The notes beneath the pieces are model-generated. The model did no database searches, was not told the origin of the DNA, and was given only the letters and a program-made list of their open reading frames with translations. From the NCBI GenBank assembly GCA_951406725.2, contig OX597822.1, forward strand, positions 52,514,001 through 52,578,000: DNA of 64,000 nt, read 5' to 3'. The stretch is from Octopus vulgaris. Its lineage: Eukaryota. Shown here piece by piece: positions 53,497 through 64,000 of the stretch (positions within the stretch are counted from its first letter, which is position 1; each line of letters starts with the position of its first letter). Both the position numbers and the translations under genes were made by a program.

Positions 53497-54282
53497 TGAT
53501 GCAATATTTTGTCTCACCTGCATTATTTTAATGTCTCCTGAAAAATATTTATGTCATTTACACATCAACAATGCTTCAAGCTAATTACAAAATTCAGTTA
53601 CATACACGTATCTGTCAATTGAGAGATGAAACACAGAAAACGACATTTTTGTTAGTCAATAAAATTGGCCTTATCCAGGAGACTGCCCTGGAGACTGGGA
53701 AAATTCATTTAAATAAAAGAGGGTCTTTAGAAATAAAAAGCTTGTGAAATAATGATCTAATGGATTGTACCCACTAATCTAGCTTTCCACCTTTTTTAAA
53801 GACGGTGAGCTGGCAGAATCGTTAGTACACTGGTCATCACATAATTGTTGTAAACAAGCGTCACCTTTATCTAAGTGGTGTGCTGCGTTTGCAATCTTTT
53901 GTCAAAACATGTCCTTCTTTGGCAAAATATTACCTTGCTTAGAAACAGGCAAGCACTGCTGGCAGGAAGGGCATGTAGCCATAAGAAAGTCTACTTCAAC
54001 AGATTCTTTCTAAACCATGCAAACCTTTAAAGTGGACATTAAAATAAGACTGTTGTGATGACAGTTATCTCTAATGGCAGAATCGTTGGCATGTTGGGCG
54101 AAATGCTTAGCAGTATTTCGTCTGCCATTATGTTCTGAGTTCAAATTCCACCGAGGTCGACTTTGCCTTTCATCCTTTCGGGGTCAATTAAATAAGTACC
54201 AGTTATGCACTGGGGTCAATGTAATCGACTTAATCCCTTTGTTTGTCCCCTCTGTGTTTAGCCCCCTATGGGCAATAAAGAA

Positions 54283-54363
<81 letters not shown>

Positions 54364-54364
54364 A

Positions 54365-54545
54365 CGGGAGGCTTTATGAAAATAAACAAAAGACGAAGGC
54401 AGGTGGAAAACAAACGAACAATTGTATTAGTATGGCGCTCAGGAAATATAAATAAAACAAGTCTTTAACGTTTCGAGCCTACGCTCTTCAACAGAAAGAT
54501 ACACAGAGAGAGAAAAACACAGAAAGAAGGAGAGAAAAAAAATGC
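54365..54545 (-). mobile_element. Penelope-like terminal remnant with hammerhead-like motif
   Basis: Related to 28658-28815; flanked by (TA)n; minimal HHR-like fold. Confidence 0.5.
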
Positions 54546-54842
54546 GTGCAGTAGCTAATGAATCAACATGGCGATCTGGCGATATATATATATATATATT
54601 TTACGGAGATGTACTTGCATAGCGAGTGACTTGATCTGAGCTCATGTGCTGGAACGAAAACAATTGCAGCGTGGAAGGTGTTTATAAGCCATTTAAGAAA
54701 CACACAAAAACCGTTAGATTCACTTCAACATTTAAATTTAATTTGTCATTATATTTTCGTCGCTTTGAAACCACGACCTGTTCACTGACAAAACTTTGTG
54801 CTGCATATATATATAAAGTTTAAAAAATTATTTTTTTGACAG

Positions 54843-54903
54843 GGAGGTTGCTTATTTGTCGTGTGTTTACAGGAAATCCAGTCATGATTGAGGATGATAA
54901 AAA
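54843..54903 (+). CDS. LRRC9: LRRC9 exon 13 (GRLLICRVFTGNPV...)
   Basis: ttgacag / gtgagt; PARP-like LLxxRVxxG strand. Confidence 0.88.
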
Positions 54904-56321
54904 GTGAGTAAAGACAATTTTGCTGCTGCCTCTGGTGTGTGTGTGGTGGGGTTGACCTCTGGCGTGTGTGTGGTGGGGAAAGTCAGGAGGAACGTTACAT
55001 GAAGTCATAAAACATTTCATATATTTCACAGCAATGGTAAATCCTTTGGCTGGGACTTTAAGAAGTTTACATAGCAATCACAGTGTTTCAGGTCCAACTC
55101 CACTGTGTGGTACCTTGGATAAGTGTATTCTATCCAATCGTGTGAATGAAACTGAGTAGAAAGATTAACCCAAGAATAAATGGCAGCTTCTGTTAACTTT
55201 CACAGAATCTTTGAGAGTGCTGTACATAATGGTATAAAGAAACCACATCTCATAGAATATCCTCAGATCGAAGATATAGTCAGAATGCATGCAGTAGAAT
55301 CTACTCCATTAACATCACGAATGGAACCTGGGTTAAACTGTCTAACACATGTCAGCTTGGAAGCTGGATGTTAAATGATGATGGAGCAGGGATGGTGATG
55401 ACTTATGTACAACAAAATTGTTTCCAGCATCCCAAGCCTTACTAAGGATTTTTTGTAGCCTTAAGTTATATTTTAGAAAATTCATGGTACACCTAGTTTG
55501 ACTGGAACGGGTAAACCAAAGAGCTGCACCGGGCTCCAGTCTGTTTTGGCTCGGTTTCTATGGCTGGATGCCCTTTCTAATGCCATCCACCCAACAAAAT
55601 GCACCAGGTGTCTTTTACGTGTCACCGGCATGGGTGCCTTTAACATGTTACTAACATGGGTGCCTTTCATGTGTCACCAGCATGGAACCCTTTTACATGT
55701 CACTGATACTGACCACAACTACGATTTCATCTAGCTTCACATGCCTTCTCAGGCACAGCAAGTCACCGAAAGTCTCAGTCACTTGTCATTGCCTCCATGA
55801 GTCTCAACATATGAAGATCCTTATTTCTGATTCAGGGATCTCCTCCCCCTTGTTTATAACTTCTACATCATCATCATCATTTAATATCCACTTTCCATGC
55901 TAGCATGGGTTGGACGATTTGACTGAGGTCTGGCAAACCAGATGGCTGCACCAGACTCCAGTCTGATCAGGCAGAGTTTCTACAGCTAGATACCCTTCCT
56001 AACGCCAACCACTCCGAGAGTGTAGTAGGTGATTTTACATGCCACTGGCACGAGGGCCAGTCAGGCGGTACTGGCAACGGCCATGCTCAAATGGTGTTTT
56101 TTTATGTGCCACCTGAACAGGAGCCAGTCCAGCAGCACTGGCAATGACCTTGCTCGAATGTTTTTTCATGTGCCACCAGCACAAGTGCCAGTAAGGTGAC
56201 GCAGGTAACGATCATGCTCGAATGGTGTTTTTTTACGTGCCACTGGCATGGAAGCCAGCTTGTTGCTCTGTACATCAATATATTTAATGTCCAACATATC
56301 TCTCCGTCCTCTATTTTGCAG

Positions 56322-56392
56322 ATTCAACCCAGCTAACTACCCACAATTCACTTCCTTTTATAAAACTAAGAAAATGTTGTTAAAGCAGTCAG
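56322..56392 (+). CDS. LRRC9: LRRC9 exon 14 (FNPANYPQFTSFY...KQS)
   Basis: ttttgcag / gtaagc; NYP motif. Confidence 0.87.
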
Positions 56393-57418
56393 GTAAGCCA
56401 GACCATAAAACCACTTTAGCCCTTAAGCATTTAGGTTATTCTGTCGAATATTCTGCTCATTTATTCACATTGTTTTGAATTAATCATGCATTAACTCATA
56501 GCTTTGCGATTTCAATGATATGATTGTTTATTTTTAGAATGACATAGTAGGATAGGTGTGAGATGCTGGATCTGGTTGATTTGAGCATAAACTGCTAGAA
56601 TATCATAGATTCTAAGAGTATTATATTTTATTACTGGAGTAATTGTATGTAATAAAAGACTGTGTAAATTCCTCTCCCGTTTTTCTCTCTTTCTCTCCTT
56701 TCTCTCTTTCTCCTCCTTTCCTTCTCTTTCTTCCTCTCTCTCTCTGATATTTCAAATGTGTGAGGTACAGATGTGGCTGTGTGATTATGAAGCATACGTA
56801 CCAACCACATAAATAGTTTTACTCTCGTCAAAGTCTTCTGCTAACTGCCGGCCGGCTGACTGACTGGAACAGAATTCCTTCTGGACAGATGACGCTGTAT
56901 TTATTGCTACGCGACCAGCTCCAATTGGCTGCAGTTGCCAAAGCACAACTGTGCTAATCCGCAACAACAAAGTAGCACTTCCTTGACTCGCTACACTTAT
57001 TTTATCGGCCCCAAAAGGATGAAAGGAAACGTCAACCCCAGCAGCATTTGAACTCAGAATTTGAAGTTGGAAATGCCACTAAGTATTTTGTCTGGTACGG
57101 TAACAATTCAGCCAGCTTGTCACTTGCCACCTTAATGATGTAGTATAATGTCAATTTCAAATTTTGGCACAAAGCCAGCACTTCAGAGAATGGGGGGTTA
57201 AGTCAATTACATTGATCCATGTCCTCAACTGGTATTTATTTTATTGACCCCTAAAGGATGAAAGGCAAAGTCAACCTCAGCAGAATTTGGTCTCAGAATT
57301 TAAAGGCAAACAAAATGTTGCTCATCATTTTGCCCGGCATGCAAGCAATTCCACCATCTTACTGCCTCATGATGTGGAATAATATTGTAATCTATTTCTC
57401 TACATTGTATTGTTTCAG

Positions 57419-57543
57419 GTTTTTTATACTCTGTCAATGACCATCCTGCCTGTAGATGTCTTCAGAATCAGAGAGAGTGGCACATTTACAATCCTGGTCT
57501 CATTGTACCTGAATATATTGTAAAATTCAAATACAACTTCACT
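57419..57543 (+). CDS. LRRC9: LRRC9 exon 15 (...CRCLQNQREWHIYNPGLIVPEYIVKFKY)
   Basis: tttcag / gtaagt; CxC..W...PEYIVxFxY, end of the ART-like domain. Confidence 0.92.
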
Positions 57544-59791
57544 GTAAGTTTTATTGTTGTTTTTTTATTCTCTTTTGGTTTCAGTTGTTACTAGCATAGG
57601 CCTTACAGTTATCTTTGTCATTGCCATTGCCACCACCACCACCACCACCACCATAACTATCATCACCATCATTTAAAATTTGTTTTTCCTGCTGACACGG
57701 GTCAAACAGTTTGACAGGAACCAACAAACCAGAGGATTGCACCAAGCTATAATGTCTGCCTTCGCATGGCTTCTGCGACAGATACCATTTCTCATGCCAA
57801 CTGCTTTACAGAGCATATACAATTATCATAGTCTTCTAGACTACCATGAGTTTAGTTTTAGCCAGTGAAAGGGCTTCTGTGTGGTGACTTTGTCTGGTTA
57901 AAATAGCAGCCAAATTCATTCAGATCACTCACTGCCATCTTAAAAAAGGAAGGACACATATGATGATGATAGTCCATGTATTCAAAGACATGGTGATCAC
58001 AACTTTTATGCATTTCTTCGTAGGTTTGCTCACACAGAGCTAACCTGAGGCTAAATACTACTACTAAAATAATAATAATAATGGTAATCAATTCTACTAA
58101 AGGAACAAGTAGAAAAACAACAGGACAGATAACTGGAAAGAGAAGGAATGACATAGCCAATTCATGTGACCAACTAAGAATGTTGAGTAAAGAACATTAG
58201 TTGTGGTTGAGAGTTGAAAACCTGAAACGAAAAAGTATATTACTAATTATTGCTGCTCAGGAACAATATGTTAGAATGTATTTCATAAAGGCAAGGATAG
58301 ATAAAACTCAGTCAGAGAGCAAATATAGAATCTGTGGGAAAGGAGATGAAAGCATTCACATTTTCCCTCCCAAGCTTACCCTTAGGACACAGAGCCTGTT
58401 TAATCCTTAGGTGGAAGCAGGGATTGATCTAAATGATATCAGCGCTTGTCCACACTCTAGTAGGCCTGTGTGACACATGTCCAGAGACCAGCCATCCTCC
58501 AAGTGCTGTATGCATTAATGTCAGTACCATCTTTTATTTGGCCATTAACCGGGCCTTTGACAGAAACCACCACTCCAGGCAAGAGCAGACCTCCCAAACT
58601 CCAGAACTCTTAAGCTGGAGCATCACCTCTAGAAGTAGTTTAATGTCTTACACAGGACAAACATTGACCACAGAAGAATAATATAAACTGAAACTGACTT
58701 TTATTTCCTAATCCGATAGTAACGTGCTTCATTCAATTTGTTTGGTATTTGCAGTTTTCTTCTCCTGGATGCTTGACCCAAGTGTTCATTATTATAAATA
58801 AAATTCTATTTAATGATTTCACTTTGACAAAGTATTACTAATAACCAGCTGTTAGACCTCAATATATTTATGCTTTAAGGCGGCAAGCTGGCAGAAATGT
58901 TAGCATGCCAGGCAAAATGCTTTGTGGCATTTCGTTGCCTATCATCCTTTTGGGGTCAATAAATTAAGTACCAGTTGTGTACTGAGGTCGATCTAATCGA
59001 CTGGTTCTCTCCCAAAAAATTTCAGGCCTTGTGCCTAGTGTAGAAAATATATTCATGCTTTAGAGTAATGTATTAAGTATGCACTATCCTTTCTACTATA
59101 AGCACAAGGCCTGAATTTGGTGAGGGGCCAGCAGAGGCTAGCTGATTACATCAACTAGTACTTATTTCATTGACTCCAAGAGTATGAAAGGCAAAGTCGA
59201 CCTCAGTGGAATTTGAACTCAGATTCTAAAGATGGAAGAAATACCACAAGGCATTTTGTCCAGCATGCTAATGATTCTGCCAGCTTACAGACTATATTCA
59301 CATTGATTTCAAATCTTAGCGCAAGGCCTGCCATTTTGGGGGAGGTGGTAGTCAATTACATTGACCCCAGTGCTCAACTGTTACTTATTTTACTGACCTC
59401 AAACAGATGAAAGATAAAGAAATGTATGTTTCATCATCATCATCGTGTAACGTCTGCTTTCCATGCTGGCATGGGTTGGACGATTTGACTGAGGTTTGGC
59501 AAACCAGATGGCTGCACCAGACTCCAATCTGATCTGGCAGAGCTTCTACTGCTGGATGCCCTTCCTAACACCAACCACTCCGAGAGTGTAGTGGGTGCTT
59601 TTACTTGCCACCGGCACAAGGGCCAGTCAGGCGGTACTGGCAATGGCCACGCTCAAATGGTGCTTTTTATGTGCCACCTGCACAGGAGCCAGTCCAGTGG
59701 CACTGGCAACGACCTCGCTCGAATTTCATATAATTAAATTATACATCAATGAGCTATGTTCTAATTTATATTTTGTTTGTTATGGTTTCAG

Positions 59792-59952
59792 GATGAAATT
59801 ATGAACCCATTTTTACAACTGAAGGAACCATATCAGGATGTTAGTGAGGAGGTGGAGAAGAAATTCTTGTCACAGTGGATATCTTTAAATGAGAATACTT
59901 ATATCCAAGATATGATAAAGAATCTCACAGAAGAAGTCTATGAAACATACAA
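59792..59952 (+). CDS. LRRC9: LRRC9 exon 16 (DEIMNPF...VYETY)
   Basis: tttcag / gtaagc; open frame, phase 0 to phase 2. Confidence 0.8.
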
Positions 59953-59976
59953 GTAAGCATGAATAAGTATGTAAAT

Positions 59977-61390
59977 ATCATCATCATCATCATCATTTAA
60001 TGTCTGTTTTCCATGCTGGCATGGGTTGGACGGTTTGACTGAAAATTGGTAAGCTGGAGATTTGGCATGGTTTCTACAGCTGGATGCCCTTCCTAATGCC
60101 AACCATTCCAAAAGTGTAGTGGGTGCTTTTTACATGCCACCAGCACAGGTGCCAGTTATGAAACACCAGCATCGGCCATGACTACAATCTCACTTGGCTT
60201 GATAGGCCATGGGGCCCAAAGTTCGAAGGGTGCTTTTTACATGCCACCGGCATGAATACCAGATATACAACTCTGGCATTGGTCACAACTACAATTTCAC
60301 TTGGCTTTGTGGGTCTTCTCAGACACAGCATATTGCCCAACGTTTGAAGGGTGCTTTTTTACATACCACCAGCATGAGTACCAGTTACACAACATTGGCA
60401 TCAGCTATGGTTGTGATTTCACTTGGCTTGACGGGTCTTCTCTAGCACAGCATATCACCAAAGATCTCAGTTACTTGTCATTGCTCCATGAGGCCCAGTG
60501 TTTGAAGATCATGCTTCATCACCTCATCTCATGTCTTCCTGGATCTACCTCTTCTGCAGATTCCCTCCGCAGTTAGAGATTGGCATTTCTTCACACAGCT
60601 GTCCTTGTCCATATGCATTACAGGACCCTACCAACGCAGTCATCTCTTTTGTACACCACATTCGATGCCTCTTATGTCCAACATTTCTCTCAAGATGCTT
60701 ACATTCTGTTGTACATGCACACTGAACATTGCACATCCATCAAAGTCTGCTAGCTTCATTTCTTTCAAGCTTCATGTCCTCTGTAGTCACAGCCCATGTT
60801 TCACTGCATGGCTGTTCATACACAGACATCATACAATCTGCATTTGACTCTGAGGGAGAGGCCCTTTGTTACCAACAAAGGTATAAGCTCTCTGAACTTG
60901 GCCCAGCCTATTCTCACACAAACTGCAATGCTCTCAGAACATCCACCTCCACTGCTAGCTTGGTTACCCAGATGACTGAAGCTGTCTACTACTTCTAAGT
61001 ATCTCTGCTTGGCATTTAACGAAGTCTATTTTCTGTACAATTCTATTGTTTATTGTATCTATACATCTGCTACACACAAAGACTTCTTTTTCTGTTAACC
61101 TGCCTCTGATATTGCTGTGCCTCTTATATGTCCATAACTTACACCATGTACACCTTATGGAGTTTCTACCTATGCCTTTTCTACATATCAGTCAGAACCA
61201 TCTCCTTGAAAGGATGTGTAATTTGTTTGAATTCTTACTTACTAATACTTTGACCATTGCTAAATTTACTCTAAGGCCTTTGATTCCAAACCTTGCTTCC
61301 ACACCTGAAATTTCTTCTCTAGTTCTGATTGTGATTTAGCAATAAGAACAAGGTCATCAGTATAAAGTAGCTCCCAAGCGCAGCCTATCA
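59977..61390 (-). mobile_element. 5'-truncated decayed RTE LINE
   Basis: WELLYTDDLVLIA..ELEKKFQVWKQGLE (YADD-like) through to the (GAT)n tail. Confidence 0.85.
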
Positions 61391-62390
61391 TAAATTCTGA
61401 TGATGATGATGGTGATAATAACAATAATAATGTTCCACAATGCTTAACATCTAAGTACCAAGTCTTATAATTCATGGAAAGAGACCCAGTGAGACCTTTA
61501 ACAACAGGTTGCTGTCCACTCTCACAGAATTAACCGGAGCAAGTAAGATTGAGAGCTCTGAGAAGTAAAATTTAACAATAATAATAATAATAATCCTTTT
61601 TACTATAGGCACAAGGCTTGAAATTTGTGGGATTTATATTCACCACAAGATGATGAAAGGTGAATATTATCAAAGATGGATTGTACAACACAGTAGCAGA
61701 AGCTACCACCCTGCATGGACTTATTTCTCTAAGTGTCAAGATGCAAGCCAATCAACTTAGCCCACTAAATGTATACCTCCGATATCACCTGGAACTCCTC
61801 CAGTATAATGATATTTCGGTAACAAGAAAAAGGCCACAACATATCAGCTGACTTTGGCCTACATTTTAAGCAATCATGTTTCAGGTGTATTCACATGATC
61901 GCATGATATGAATAGAAATTCCCACAGTTTCCTGCTCAAATATGATCATAAATGTAGACACACAAGACAAATAGCACAGAGGTTCGATAGAAGAGAGATG
62001 TACGTAGATGTTATCCATAGGATTTTTGGTCAGCCACACCACTTGACCCCAGGTTAAAAAGAATCGCTTTGTCTGCCACAAGCACAAAACTTTCTCACCT
62101 TTTGCTCAGCATAAAAATATATTAATCTCACTTACCAGCGCACATTCTCACCTCTAGCCAAATAAACATTCAGAAACACGGTATTCAACATAACAGCTTT
62201 CAGCAATTAACTTTTGTAATGTCGTTAAGTAAATAAATGTGATTCATTAGAAACTAACTATTGAGACTTGGTACATAGCCTAAACAAATACACAAATATG
62301 TACACACTTAACCAAGCTGCAACCACATTCAATGTTTCAATGATTTATTTTTACTGTGTATTGTTTCTTACCTCTATTCTCTTGAAACAG

Positions 62391-62577
62391 TAAAAGCTAC
62401 ACTGATGGCAACATTGAACCCAGCTTGCTATCTGAGCAAAATGTACCTTCCACAATTACTCACCTCAACCTGAGTCGCCAGAACCTCAATAAACTTAATA
62501 TTGCAAAGTTTCTTCCTTCATTGGTTAAACTTGAAGCCAGTTTTAACAACTTCACCAGCCTTGATTTGTTTTATCCA
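62391..62577 (+). CDS. LRRC9: LRRC9 exon 17 (...ITHLNLSRQNL...LEASFNNFTSLDLFYP)
   Basis: aaacag / gtgagt; second LRR block. Confidence 0.9.
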
Positions 62578-62660
62578 GTGAGTAACGTAAACAGTTGTTT
62601 TTTTCTTTTTCTTTTGTCTTATACTCCTGCAATTGTTCTACTATTATTTACTAGTGTGTG

Positions 62661-62691
<31 letters not shown>

Positions 62692-62979
62692 CCTTGTCTT
62701 GTCCCCACATGATGATTGTGAATGATCATCACCATCATACAAAGGTTTGTCCGTGTCCAATCTTCTGTGAAAAACATGTGTCAAACCTTGGAGGAATATT
62801 ACCTTTCTTGGAAACAGATGAGTGTTGGGGACAAGGAGAGCATCCAGCTGTAAAAAATTTGCCTCAAAGAATTCTATCTGACCCATGCAAGCATGGATAA
62901 GTGGACATTAAATGTTGATGATGATCATTCTATGAACAATCTCAAGTTTTAAAGGATTTTTCAACCCACTGCTTTACAT

Positions 62980-63175
62980 ATACAAGACCCTAATCTACAT
63001 TACGTTTATAAGACACCCACTAATTATATTACATATATGAAACCTCTACCCTTATTACATATATGAAACCTCTACCATTATTACATAGCTGAGACCCCTT
63101 TCCTTTATAGGAAACCTCTGCCCTATATTACATATATGAGACCCTTCCCTATATTACTTACATGGGACTTTTACC
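62980..63175. repeat. ~25-bp minisatellite
   Basis: TATTACATATATGAAACCTCTACCC-like units. Confidence 0.7.
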
Positions 63176-63419
63176 TGTAATTTTCGTTATAAGTTAATCA
63201 TTGCCCATGACTTTTGAAGACACTTCTACACTAAGGCAATTGATGCAGCTAATATCAAACCTGAACAACTGCAGGTCAATGCCTGTAGTAAAAATATACA
63301 TGTTAGAGTAACTGAGGGTGTATGAATACTTGCAATGGAATGAACTGTATCATGGTATTGTTGTTATCTGCAATACGGCAAAGCTTTACTCCTATATTTA
63401 CCATTGAAATCTGTTTCAG

Positions 63420-63476
63420 TCTTTGGAATATGTAGATGTCAGTTTCAATAAGATCTCAACTCTGGAAGGACTGAAG
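63420..63476 (+). CDS. LRRC9: LRRC9 exon 18 (SLEYVDVSFNKISTLEGLK), donor position ambiguous
   Basis: tttcag acceptor; clear LRR. Confidence 0.85.
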
Positions 63477-63486
63477 TTAAGTATAT

Positions 63487-63865
63487 TTACTCTTTTACTC
63501 GTTTCAGTCATTTAACTGTGGCTATGCTGTAGCACCGCCTTTAGTCGAGCAAGTCAACCCCAGGACTTGTTCTATTGGTCTCTTTTGCCGAACCGCTATG
63601 TTACGGGGACGTAAACACACCAGTATCTGTTGTCATGCGATGTTGAGGGGACAAACACAGACACACAAAAATATGCACACACACACATACATATATATAT
63701 ACGACAGGCTTCTTTCAGTTTCCATCTACCAAATCTACTCTAAAGGCTTTGGTTGGCCCGAGGCAATAGTAGAAGACACTTGACCAAGGTGCCACGGAGT
63801 GGGACTGAACCCGGAACCATGTGGTTCGTAAGCAAGCTACTTACCACACAGCCACTCCTATGCCT
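63487..63865 (-). mobile_element. SINE family B
   Basis: Family consensus match. Confidence 0.8.
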
Positions 63866-64000
63866 ATCAATATTGTCTGTGGCACATAAAATCACCCACT
63901 ACACTCTCGGAGTGGTTGGCATTAGGAAGGGCATCCAGCTGTAGAAACACTGCCAGATCTGACTGGCCTGGTGCAGCCTTCGAGCTTGCCAGACCCCAGT

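Overview
AT-rich, repeat-dense eukaryotic DNA. The SINE/LINE repertoire looks like Octopus; that is my inference, not something the sequence proves. Two genes lie head-to-head. On the minus strand is an intronless, divergent tubulin-folding cofactor A ORF (TBCA-like, 3372-3707). On the plus strand are the first 18 coding exons of a ciliary LRRC9 homolog (6395-63476, about 731 codons: N-terminal LRRs, a central PARP/ART-like domain and the start of a second LRR block); the gene continues past the window. The short intergenic region carries two RFX X-box-like motifs and a CCAAT box. The introns are full of tRNA-derived SINEs (3 families), RTE 3' fragments with (GAT)n tails, a decayed EN+RT LINE, R4/Dong-like and mariner fragments, non-autonomous Helitrons, several MITEs and microsatellites. 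Nearly all short ORFs in the supplied track are repeat artefacts. Most notable: a possible TBCA retrogene sharing a ciliary bidirectional promoter; a Glu at the catalytic position of the LRRC9 ART-like domain; a SINE/LINE shared 3' stem-loop with compensatory changes; minimal hammerhead-like motifs; and tandem SINE arrays. Family assignments come from motif recognition and recalled sequences, not from database searches. Repeat boundaries are approximate unless TSDs/TIRs are given.
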